This document shows positions 52,023 to 64,000 of a stretch of 64,000 bases of DNA, piece by piece. The notes beneath the pieces were generated by a model. It was given only the letters and a program-made list of their open reading frames with translations. It made no database searches and was not told where the DNA came from. The translations under genes and the position numbers were made by a program. Position 1 is the first letter of the stretch; each line of letters begins with the position of its first letter. The stretch comes from Phoronis australis (taxonomy: Eukaryota; Animalia; Phoronida): NCBI GenBank assembly GCA_002633005.1, contig NMRA01000158.1, positions 184,229-248,228 of the forward strand. The letters are read 5' to 3'.

Positions 52023-53859
52023 GAGCCGGCATCTGCAATGAGTTTCCCAATTTCTCAATATATCTGTGACCAACATCATGTGACAGCATTTTTATGACCC
52101 CAATCAAACTGGTTATATATAGTGGAGACGTGGGTCTGCAATAATTCTCTTCTATCTTATATCATATCTTCACCATTTTTGTTCTGTAAAGGCCAATGAG
52201 CTCCCTGAAGTGTTAGCTAGTTAGAGAGACTAGTTAGAGAGACACCCATGGCTACTGACTTAGTTTACCTGGGTGCCAAATGCTGAGCATGGCATTCTAT
52301 TTAGGGTTTTTGAATTTGAAGAAGGGTTCCCATTTGGACAGGAATGGACACTGTCCAGATGACAGCCTGGTAACACAGTTGCTAGAGTGGAAAACCAATG
52401 ACATTCCGCTTGACCATTAAAAAGGAAAAGAAGCTGTGTCCTGTCTTAGCTATGACATGATCTGTGGGGTTTGTTCCAAATATTGGTAAATATCACCCTC
52501 TATGTAAATAGTTTCATATTGATAGCAGACTTGTTTTCTTGCCTGCATGATGACTTGATTGAAGAAGCTTCTTTGAAATGCAAAGACCAGCGTGATGTAG
52601 ACTGAAAACATGTGGAGGGGTCTGATGTTGAAAGGTTAACCAAGGCAGTTTTGAAACTCGTTAGGGACTTCGAATTTGTGAAGGTAAACAGAAGCTGCAG
52701 TTCGCTTAGTTTGCTTCCAAAAAACTGACTTCATAAAATTGATCTCATAATATTTCTTGCAATGATAGGATTCAATTTCTGTTACTAACAAAAACATAGA
52801 AACCACCAGCCACTCAGGAATGCACTTCATAGTTGCATGATTAGGATTGATGAACCTTAAAATTGTGAATTCGAAAGTAGCACATTTACACAATAGAACC
52901 CCATCAAGGTAAGGAATATTGCGAGATTGATTTTATGACAGTAAAAGATCTAGTTTTATTTTCGTTTTTATGTAGCTGAACAGGGTGAAATGCAGCTGAT
53001 ATCTTTTTACAATGTAATTGTGTTCCAAAAGACAAGCGTCTTTTTGCATTCCATATAGCCAGCTTATGCAGTCCAGATAGCGCCAGTATGATTTGGTTGG
53101 TATGAATGATATATCGGAGCTGGTAATGTCTTTCATCGGCTGGAATAGACATCATATGCGCCCACATAGATATACAGATTATGACTGCCTAAACACAATT
53201 ACATTTTTGAAGCTGTCCTAACTGAGAGCTAGTGATCTGATCTCATGGTGTTCAATTAGTCTGCCCAGACCACTGTTGTGTTAGTATTTCAATAAAGATT
53301 GAATATTACTGTAAACAGGCGTGCTAGTGAGACATGAGTCCTTCACATAAGTACTCCTGACACCGAATGCTACGGCACGAATTGATGCCTGCTTCTATTT
53401 TCATGGCATTCAGAAACTTCAGTGTTGGCGCAATTTCCAACAGTAAGCTATTTTTCTCAACACATTTTGTTGATACAGAAAGGTTGGCACCTTTTCGGTT
53501 TCGTATCTTCTTTCTGATGTTAGCGTAGATGCCAACATTCCAAATTTTAAAATCGGGACACCTTCGTGGTGATGACGTTGAATTTCGTACACCAACTAGT
53601 TTCTTTAGTCTTGACATGAACAGCTTATCAACAAGGGGTATGGGGTGGAGAACCATGGGTTTTTAACATGATACGATGCGTTGTTTTCGTATCTATAGAA
53701 AAGATCGGAATTTTAATACCCGTCTCCTTAAGTTAACATGTAAGCGAATTTAGAAAAACTCTGTTCCGTCCGCTGTATCTGATCCGAGAGTAATGTTTGT
53801 GGATGTGATGAATTTTCATTCCTCTGTTTGCTCAATAGTCCTTTTGCGAGTTTATAACA

Positions 53860-54960
53860 ATAACGCGAGATTACGTGAGACTTAACTGTGACGTCACGGG
53901 AAGTGGGGCAAAAGCTGGTCGTTTGGCTCATTTGCCCAATACGTTAGCAGAGTGTGTTCTGTTATTTTCTTCCACTTTTTGGCCGTTAAGTTCGAAAAAT
54001 TGGAAACAAGCATTGCTGTTATGGCAAATGAAATTCAGATTCGCACTACAATACGTTCTATAGCGTTTTGTACTAATTTCGTTTCGTGTATTTTAAATGG
54101 GTGATAGACGAAATCCGCTCACTGATTAAGTTTTCACCACGACAAAAATACATTCTACATCTAAAATTGTCACCTAAAAAGACGCTTACTTTCTCCAGTA
54201 GTCCTTTCTGCTTCTAAACATGTCTTCGATGAAGCATAGCTACGGGAATTCAGGTGACTTTGGCGAAGAATTCCAACTCCACATTAAGGTTACTGTTAAC
54301 TTCAACCGCGCGTGCGATAACCACAAAGTAGTTCAACTGGTCAGGTGAGTATGAGGCAAAGGCTAGCGCGAGACTGAGTGAAGCGCGAGACCTGGTGCGT
54401 GACACTTGCAAAATAACATGAGAACATATCAAGTGAATTTGTAAGATTTGTTTTCCTTGGACTTATTGTTCGTGAATTCACCTAACTTCCTCAAAATGGC
54501 GCACTGTGATAGAAACTTGAGCGAACCGCGAGGTTTTCATGGATAGGTTCAAGTTATTTGTAGACTAAATTGTATCCAGAGTCAGGGTATGTGTTAATTA
54601 ATTATAACTCCATGTGCGCATATGCATGTTTCATTTGATTTTATTTGCTGTATTTTGAAGTGAGTAAGTTCTTATGGGGATAAACTATCGCTCCTGTATG
54701 CTTGCGGCATTCGGCCTAGACCGCCGGGTTGAGTTCCAATTTCAGTCCGTTCACAGCTTTGCACAACATAACAAGTTCACATTTTCTTCATCCATTCTCA
54801 GTTATTCCACGATCCATCAACCATCTTTTAAGTTGTGTTATCATTTTAAGCGTAAAATTCACCATAAGAACTCCAGTAAAATTTAGCGTGTGTAGCAAAG
54901 ACTCGGGGCCAAACAAGACCAATATGGCTATTTTTGCCCCTTTTCCGGTGACGTCACATT
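53860..54960 (+). promoter_or_regulatory. Second CpG-rich promoter-like island (possible alternative promoter)
   Basis: TGACGTCA next to an ETS-like GGAAGT (~53889-53905), donor CAG|GTGAGT (54344/54345), YY1-like AAAATGGCG (~54493) and a second TGACGTCA (~54948). Confidence 0.4.
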
Positions 54961-56960
54961 GACTAACGAGAAACTCGCAAGTGAGCTATTATAGCAGTGT
55001 TGGTTGTGTTGAATATTCTTTGACTTCACAGAGTGTGTCACCACCAAACAAATTTCATCTGCACAGCTTTTTGGAGCTTCCAATTTTCCTTCTAGTTTTC
55101 CTCTCTATATTAAGCAAAGATGACCTTGTCATCTATAAATAATAGACCACGTAGGTTCTCTAACAAAAGTCATTTTCCCTAGCGACAACAGCCTCAATGA
55201 TTGTATCAATGAAAAAAATTAAATCATGGACAACCAGTACTGCCTCCCTGTTTCACGCCCATGTTGTCAATGAAATGGTTTTCTCCCTGATCGCAAAGAG
55301 ATGAGCTTAGCAGTTTTACCAGAACAGTAAGCTAGAGCTGCACCCTTTTGTTCCAGTGTTTTTATCAAAGTGTTCTTGTCTACTGTATCGTGAGCTTTTT
55401 TATAGTCTATGAAGGTAATACACTGTTTATCAGCTTCAATAAGCAGTTTGGCTTAGATGTTCATTCAGCAGTCCGAGACACCACAATGCTTAGTAATAGA
55501 GCTTGGGAATGTTTTGGCGTTAATAATATGGAGAGGATACTGTACATATGTGGGCGTCATCTTTGTCTGGCTGTCTATTAGCGTTGGCTGCTGTAGTGCC
55601 AAAATTCCTTGTAGGATCTTCATGAAAGTTGGCAAGACTAATAAAGAAAGTGATAACATATAACAACGACTTTTAGATGGATCCGACTACCGCTGTGACC
55701 CCTACTAGTAATTTTAATTTCACATTTGTCTCTCCTTTTGTATTTGCAAAGAGATTTGACATGTATCCGTGCTGCTCAGCGGCCATTTTTATTGTTTTAA
55801 AGTTTGCTTACTGAGAAAGCTATGACTAACGTTAATTTTCAAAGAGGTCTGGCTACTGTTGCACACCCTAGTGGCATTTTTGCATTTATGTTTGCAGGAT
55901 CTTTGTGAAATAGGCAAGTATATGTGGCAGCAGTTGACATCGACTGTCAGTCACGTCTGACTGTGACGTTACCCCCTAATGGCAATATTAGTTTTTTACA
56001 GAGTTCTTTACATATGTTCTTAAAAGTTGGTATTCTGATAAGGAGGCAACAATGTCTTCAAATCTGCTATGGGTTCAGCGTCATCTAGTGGCTGTTTTTA
56101 ATGTTTACTAGTATTAATTTGGTGGCAGATCCACTTCTCTGTCTGGCAAACAGCTTTGACCGTGTATTACAGTTAATCCGGCAGTTTTATGATAAACGCC
56201 CCAAGAAGAGTAACGTTTGCTGTACCTTTTTTGTGCATTTCAACATTTCGCATAGATCTTGTTTCAAGAATCTACTGTGAACAGCCCACAGCTGAAGAGC
56301 AACTGTTAATTATGTATTCTGGCTGTAACACCTCTTGTGTGTACTGGCTTACTGCACTCATTTTTCTTTTCCTTTGATTAATTTTGCCAACTGGCATGAC
56401 ATCTGGTGAATTCTAACCTTCCCGTTTCACATCCGTCTTAGACCTCGGTTCAAAGTGGTTTTGTCTAGATACATGTACAGGTACGGTGAAATAGGTAGGG
56501 AAAGGAGAAACATTGTCAGTCGATTTTTTGTTCTGAAGTCAGTCTGTCTTCACATGAGTCCTTTTTTAATTCTGCAGACCTGACTTTGTTTGGCAACTTG
56601 TTAAAAATCAATAAGTTTCCACAAAGTCACCACCGTTACATTTGCTAGGTTCGACGGTTCTTCAAATCTTGTATCTCGTTTTTTTCAGTTGTGAGTGTTG
56701 CCAACAATGCGTCATTTCCAGGGGCTAGGACTTTTGCAACCGTGGGTACGTGGCTCCCTTGTTCTGGCTAACTCAGTTCCCATTTGACTATCAGGGAATT
56801 TTGTCAGGTTGCATTTTGTGACATGTAGTGACTCACGTCTTTACTCCTAGTACTAATTTAGACTGCATTTTGCACATTGTTGTCACAATTGTGCAATGTT
56901 GTGTGAAGTTGTCGATCAGTTTAATCTGGTGATAAACTCCCAAGTTTTATGTAGAGTTGT

Positions 56961-57218
56961 AGGGGCCCATACCAAGAAACTGACTTAAGTTCATTTTTTA
57001 CTTAAGTCTACGATTTTTCTCAGCCTCCAAACTGTGAAACTCGCCTCCCGGAAGCTAGTCAAACTTAAGATAAAACTTAAGTCAAAAACTTCAAAAACTT
57101 AAACCTAACTTTAGATCACTTTCTTGGAGCGGATTTTAGACAAATTCAAGTTATATATCAAAATTGACTGAAATTTAAGATTTGTCATAGCAAAGTCAGT
57201 TTTCGTGGAACAGGCGCC
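56961..57218. mobile_element. MITE with imperfect TIRs
   Basis: ggggcccataccaagaaactgact ... agtcagttttcgtggaacaggcgcc; internal acttaag repeats; related copy near 32375-32556. Confidence 0.55.
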
Positions 57219-60200
57219 TGGTAGAGCCTCAATTTGGCCGAAAAGAACACCTGGTACAAGTGAGCACATGGACAAAAGTTGAACTTGACGCATATGCGGC
57301 AATTCTTACACTTGCTCCACATCAATTTACACTGCTTAATGTGTTCATTTGGACATTTTAAAAATTGCAGTGGCAATGGCTCTGGTTATAAGCAAAAACG
57401 AAAGCGAAGACCACTTCTTCATTCGACCTAAACTCTCTTTGGAACTGTCTCAGCCATGAAACTCGCCACAATGAAGAATTCCTAACCTCACAGTTGATGT
57501 AGCTGTGACATTCAACTGGCACTTGTCATTGCAGTTCATGAACACAATCTAGTAAATGGGATTTATTTGCATCACATTCTCACTTTTTTTCTCCGAAGAT
57601 AAGTTTGTCTTCAACTTCAAAACACTACATTTGTGACTTGTGCATGCTCCAGTCTATGATCTTTGTGTGGCAAAATGACATAAACTGAGATCAAGTGACA
57701 ACTTTGCCAAAAAAATTCCATAGCTGTTTGGTCATTTAAATACTCAAAAGTTGCACCAAAGTGGAAGAAATTTTGGCATTGTCTGAACTCAATGTAACCT
57801 TATGAAAGGGGAGCAGTTTATTGAGGAATTAGCGATAAAAGAAATCGCGCAACAAGTGTTGAGCTTTTTTTATGACACTCAAGTGCTGGCTCCATCTGCT
57901 GAGTAATGGACTAAGTTCAGCAATGCTGGTATCCAGTTGTGTTGAACTCAACCAAGTGTACAGTTATGACAGGTTCACTATTCACCCAGAGTGATTGCGA
58001 GCTGGATTTGAGCACTTGATCTCTATCCTCATACGGTTTTGACTCCAGTTGTGGTGTTGTTGCGCTTGGCGCCCTGCTGGACACAGATTATAACATAGTT
58101 GACAGACTTAGTTAAACTTGCTGTCCTCATGTCATTAAGTTTAGTTCTGTGGGTCAAACCTTTTGCCTCCTAGCTATAATCACCCGTGGGTTTGTCCCAT
58201 AGGACATAACCTGTAAGGCTGACCAGATAGGCAAACTTTGCATCTAACATATTAGAAGACAGTCCAGGTTGGCTACATGTGTTTTGGATGAGGATCGGTA
58301 ACTTGTGTGCTTGTAGAATTTATCTGCTCAGTGCTCAGTCATTTGGTATCCCTTGACACATGATGCGGTGATATGTGGAAGATATTTAATTCTGCTGCCA
58401 ACCACACAGTTTCCAATTACCACCTGGAGGGCCATTCTCCAGAAATATCATCAAATTCAGCCAGTCATCTAGTGACACAATTCTGAGTGACATCTAGTCA
58501 TCAGACCTGTTGGAAAGAGGTGAAGCTTTCTTTCTCTGGAGGCAAAGTGTTTCTATTTGAACACTTCTGATTCGTCATACGTTTCCGATTTGCAGACAGA
58601 CTCCATATAATTTTGTCCCTCAGAAACCCTTGACGTAATAACAGTAAGATATTTATGAAAAATTGTTATGGTAAGTGGACATATGTCTAGTTCTGAGTTG
58701 CCCCCTGATAATTCCTTTCAATATGCCTGCTTCATGAAAAGGAATCGATAGGAAGGCTGTTTATGACGACATTGCCCAGTGCCTTCCAGACTAATGCACC
58801 TTCTGTGAAGAGTGACAGTTTGGCTCCTGTCAGTAGTGCAGGCTGTTGAGAAAGAGAGGGTCTTTGATATGTCTGTTTCTTGCCTTTATTCGATTGGTTG
58901 AATGGCAATTTTGTCTGGTTGTTCTTGGTTAATGATGTTAACATTTAGGTTAGGATCAATTTAGCAACACAGCAAAATCTAGTCATGAATGGATTTCGAA
59001 ACTTGAGATATCTTTAGGCATATAACATGCTGCATCTTTTATTACAGCTGTAGAATGAATCTTTGAGAAATTTTGAAATCAAGACTGCCTTGGTAAACAT
59101 ATGAATATGCAATCCCACAGTGTAAGTTAGAATGACTGTGCTGTCATGACTTATGGAACTTGTACCATATTTTGGAAATAGGCAATGCTGTTATTACAAA
59201 TTGTAATCAACGAGTCATTCACCTCAATGATACACGCTGTGGAAACTCATGAAAAGTTTGTGTCGTCCTTTTTCAAAGTTTTTATCAACTGCCAACTATA
59301 TTCTCAGGTTATGTTGACGCAAAGCGCTGTGTCCAATATTTCAAAAGTACATCAAAATCACCCCTGTCCCAATCTTCAGAATCATGAATAGTCAACATGG
59401 GCTTGAATTTTAGGGTCCCAAATTTTGGAGACTCCTCAAAGTGGAGAATATTTACCATATTAATCGGTGTTTTTGATGGTTGTCTGCCAGCTGTGGGGAG
59501 GTATCCCTTGGTTACGCATGGACTATCTCACACCATGTATGATCTCACTAAGCTGGCAAGGCATAAACCTCTCATCCATGGCCATGGATTGTAAATAAAA
59601 CGCTTATTTCTGATCTTACCATGTGTGGTGATGTAGGGAGGTAGACACCAGTAAACACAGGGATGTGTGGGGTGAACCAGGGCTTGCAAAGGGTTAGTGA
59701 ATGGAGTATTGGTCTGCATGCTTGTGCTCTAGGCTTGGCGTCATTGGTTACGTTAGTAGTGTTAAACCTCAAAGAGCTCTCCCAAACTGGTGTACGCAAA
59801 CCAAGTTCACATTAGTTGCAGCGACACCAGTGTAGCCGTTCTTTAGTGACGAAAGGCAATGTTGGAGGGGTCATTTTCACGGGTAATAATGCTACGATAA
59901 ACACAGTCCTCTTTCCCTGGGCATGCGTGTGTCCTTTGAAGAAATCAGTCTGGCTATGGCTGTAAAGTCACCCGCAAAGAATGCCAACAGTTTCAGGGAG
60001 CTCAAACTGCCATCAAAAGTGATGGTAGCCACCGTCCATATTAATGGTGTTCTTACTATTGCCAATATGACCGCAGTTTTAGTTTGGTGACCTGGTAAAA
60101 GTTCCAAGTCGACACGAAGTCGTCACTCGCTTATTGGACCTCACGTTCATAACAACAGAAGATAAAAAGGTGGATGCTTGACTAAAAACACCGTCCGGGC

Positions 60201-63200
60201 AATCTCAGGTGCACTGATGGACATTTGCATAGTGCGAGTTTTCCACTTCAGGTAGATCTAATTTGTTTCATTAGTGGCTCCTGCAAACGTGATGTCGTGT
60301 GTAGGAGCCAGTACCTTCACAGTCCCCTGTTTCCTTGCTTTGGTAACCGCTGGTCCCGTTTGGCAACCTGGGAATTGAGCCGCATTTGGAGCTTTGTGGA
60401 ACTTTGAAGAATTATCACGTTTGCCAGTTTGTAAATGGGATACAAGAAAAGTGGGCATAGGGAGACTGGAAATGAAAGCCAAGAGGGGTTTTGTTTTTGC
60501 TTTGGTAGGTAATGCTCCTTGAGGGATAGATTTGCATTTGTACATTGTATCTAGTTATATTGATAATACTCGGATGTTTTGGGTATCTAGTTATGCTTGC
60601 AGTTCTGCCTGGCAGATTTCTGTGATATCTTGGAGGAAAAAAATCTCACTGTTGATGCAGCGAAATTTTACCTCCAGAGTACCTCTGTGTCCACTGGGGC
60701 AGCAAACCTCTTGACATGTTTAAACATGTTGGTCATGTTTTAAACACCCAACTGATCAGAACATAAGCAATACTAACTCTCTCTGTTCTTGAATTCAAAA
60801 TATTTTAAAGCACTGCTAAATGTTTGACAGTCAAGTAAATTTCAGTTGTTTATGATGCTGTCCTGTTTTCTTCTTGAGTCATATTAAGTTATTATTTTGA
60901 ATGACTATTGTATATGTTAACATTCCTTCCATTCTTTGAACTGCATTGCCATTTTCATGTTTTGCACATGTCTGTCTGGTCTACGTTGAGCTTTGCCTAC
61001 AATTTCATATTGATAATGGGATATATCACGCGTGGTTCCATTTTAAAAAGTAAAATATCAGCTTAGCTTGCTCTCTCAGAGCTGAATGATATCCAGGACA
61101 AGCAGTTATGAATGCGATATTTCTATGTTGAATGTATTATTTATTAGTTGCTTTAAAGTGGCATTTCATTGGTGACAATGCTGTGTGTTGGAGATCCCCC
61201 TGAGGATCATTACAGCCTACGACTTCAATTGTTGCAGACCAGCGCTTTGATGGAAGCTTGCCTTGGGGAAACAACGATGTTTAAAAAATTACAAAAAATA
61301 TGGAGTTTGGTGTTGTATAGCTGTGGTCAAAGCTGTAACATGGTAATAGTAAATTGGAAAATGGGGAGTGCGATCAAAGCAGTAGTGATCACTGTAATAA
61401 CTATACATTTTGATTATTTACTGGTTGAGTTAGGGGTCGCCCTAAGCATCGTAACATGAGTTAGTGTCTTTCTTTGTCCAGCTGAAACTCTGTAGTTGAC
61501 AGTATCGACCTAAGGCATTCCTCTTTGGTCCAAGGCACAGGTGCTCTCTTGCAATGTGAAGGCAAAGATATTCAATTGGAAACATTAAATTTAGGATTGT
61601 GTGGAGACAATAAGACTTATTTTCAAATTTTAATGAGGGGGTGAGGGAAGGTTGTGTCACAATTCATGCTGATACAATTGTTAGATTCACAATGGCATTT
61701 TTTGAGTTTCACGGATTATCCAGGCTGATAGTTGTTGATTTCCATTCTGAGTTGTTCTGTTATTCCACTTATCTCTTATCATACCCCCTCGTTTCTAAAT
61801 GCTGGTTCAATCTCCTCTAATCGCAGGAAAAATATAATTTGTTCTTAAAAATGTTGAGGCGATCAATGCTTTGTTTTTTTTAAGTATCTAAATTTTGCTG
61901 ATATAAACTATTTACTATGAAATCGTGATACAAACCATCCAACTGCCAAAAACATAACCTTGGGAACGGACAGTACATGTATGACAAAAATGCAGAATAA
62001 AGTAGGTCACAGATTGCTATCATTTAGAAATTTCACAGTATAGGCTTCCCAACATAAAATATGGTCTTCTTCACCAGCCTGAATACAAATAATGGCTCAA
62101 TTCTAGCAAGATGGCAACTTGACTCCTTAATTTCTGGACTTTTGTTATTTTCAACTGCAGAACCCCGAAATTTCCATAGGAATACTTTTTGCTTGTCATT
62201 TCCCAAAAGCTAAGGATATCTTTACAAATATGGGACAATAACGCATAAACAAGCAATAGATTCATTTAAGTATGTATTGGCTTATTTCCACTAGAATGTG
62301 GTCCAAATGTCTAATTTTGATAGTTTGTATTGTATTAAGAAAAACAAGAGCTGGTTGTATAGCATAACTTTTCAACACTTTTCTACGTACTAGTCTTATG
62401 CATTTAGTTTAAATCCATAGCGCCGTCTTGAAGTACTTTTATAACTCTCAGTAATACTTCATCATTTTAGTTTCTTAACTATGAGACATATTTTATTTTC
62501 TGTACAAAATTGATAATATTGGCGACTTCCATAATTTGCCTATTAGTCACAAGAATTAGCCATGCATTTAATAAGTGGGATGATTTTCAGTGTCTAGTGT
62601 CTTCCAAAATGGGTCTACAGCAAAAAAATGGATGTTAAAACAAATTCAAATACAAGCACTGAATTTAGAGAAATTGGTCTTTCAAGTGAGACCCATTTTG
62701 AGTTTAAGTTGACCTTTTCGTGGAATTGTCCTAATACGAGTGCGAGTGCGCTTACCTTTCACATTGGGCTGTAACTTTTACAACTGCTTTTAAACTGTTC
62801 ACAGCAAGATTAATAGCATTTAAACCAGGTTTGACCTGGTGTGAACTTTAAATTATCATTTTATAGTTGTGTCCACACTTAATAAATTACCCTAGATCTA
62901 CTTGTCTTAGGGCAACTTGTCCGTTCAGCCGAGCGCCCACACCGCATACTGTGAGACAAATATGGCACTCACACCAGTATGTCTGTAACTGAGCAAACTC
63001 GTAGCTGGTAATAGACCTATCGTAAGGTCCGCCCCTTTGTGAAATGTCGACAAACAAACAATAAGTTTTACCCGGCAAGTTGTTGTTTGACGGGTAAAAT
63101 GGCGGTTGGAAACGAATACGTGTCAAGAATGCTGCTTTCTGATTGGTCACTTAAGCCGTCTCTCGCAATCCTGGCAATAGGTCAGTTACTGATGCCTAGT

Positions 63201-63802
63201 CTGCAAGTTTTCGTCCTCACTACAACTTGCGCCGTGTCACGTTACCCTAGAACACCCTGTTAAGGTGGGGGTAAGTTGGCACACATTTACACAGTGTCCG
63301 TGTCACTAGGTATTAAACCTAGCGACAACTCGTTCCATGAGCAGCTTGTTTTAGGGTAAGTTGTAGTGTGAACAGCACTCATGTTAGCACCACGTTTCAA
63401 TTCTCGTCAATTTGTACCATCTGCTAACCTCAAAATCTTCACTTTTGTCATGGTTACGTCTTGTTGTCTTATTCCAAACTTTGACATGTTTCATGTTAAA
63501 AGTTAGAACTGAAACTTTGCTTACATTTTGTCCACCTTAATCTGAAAATAAAATGCTGTCAATGGGGGAGGTGAGATTTGAAACCAAAATCCTCCACGCA
63601 CCCCATCTGTGCTGTCAGTACGAGTAATAGTGGTCCATAGGCCACAAACTGGGTGTGAACACCACAGAGGTGAGTGTGTCAGTAATTTGGATTAAACTTG
63701 ATCTAGTATGCATTGTGCAGTGCCTGCACAATGCTGATATCTATCTTTTGATTATGACTGGTGTGTGTATTTGCAGATTGTGCTCTGTGGACCCCAGTGT
63801 GA

Positions 63803-63817
63803 ATGAAGACTATTAAG
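63803..63817 (+). CDS. Possible first coding micro-segment (MKTIK) of a gene continuing beyond the window
   Basis: Exon 63777-63817 is bounded by tatttgcag and AAG|GTAAGT. All three frames have stops, so only the ATG at 63803 can run open into the donor. Confidence 0.3.
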
Positions 63818-64000
63818 GTAAGTTCAGCATGCTTTTCAATATTGAATAAATGGGACTGGAGAAAATCTTGGGGAGTGGGAAGATTCAGGATGCTGTCACA
63901 ATTTGTGTTTGTGTTTGTGTTGGAGGCGCTCCAGTTTATTTTTCACCTTGTACACCTTACCGGCTGGTCAAAACTGACCAGTTCTTGAAAAGTTGTNAGA

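Noticed and set aside
52320-53660. Coding gene or tyrosine-recombinase relic (KKLCPVLAM; ORFs 52636, 52904, 53324)
   Set aside because: Only one short motif, stops in every frame and no coherent exon structure.

Overview
This is AT-rich eukaryotic (metazoan, probably invertebrate) genomic DNA with spliceosomal introns, not a prokaryotic window, and most short ORFs in the track are spurious. Two intron-containing genes can be reconstructed with consistent exon phases. The first is a 4-exon ankyrin-repeat-only gene on the minus strand (12933->11059, 342 aa, one GC-AG intron). The second, divergently oriented, is an 11-exon NWD1/NWD2-like STAND NTPase on the plus strand (20638->36763, 1560 aa) with an MGAGCS acylation motif, DUF4062, NACHT and WD40 repeats. 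The rest is transposon debris: L1/Tx1-type LINE pieces, a Gypsy integrase relic, Helentron/HINE-like elements, tRNA-derived SINEs, a ~6.5 kb TIR element and ~70-bp MITEs with 5-bp TSDs, plus several minisatellites. Two large tandem duplications (3871-7003/7891-10974 and 13522-15518/15520-17497) each end at a single 'n' and are most likely uncollapsed haplotypes. From ~45 kb onward the sequence looks CpG-poor, with promoter-like islands and small candidate non-coding exons, suggesting the long 5' region of a third gene whose coding part may start at the window edge (MKTIK, 63803). I found no clear evidence of a wholly new system. The best leads are the lipid-anchored DUF4062-NACHT-WD40 gene paired head-to-head with the ANK gene, the 5-bp-TSD transposon family, an unidentified diverged coding relic present twice, and an oriented GGGGTACGTACACTAC motif array.
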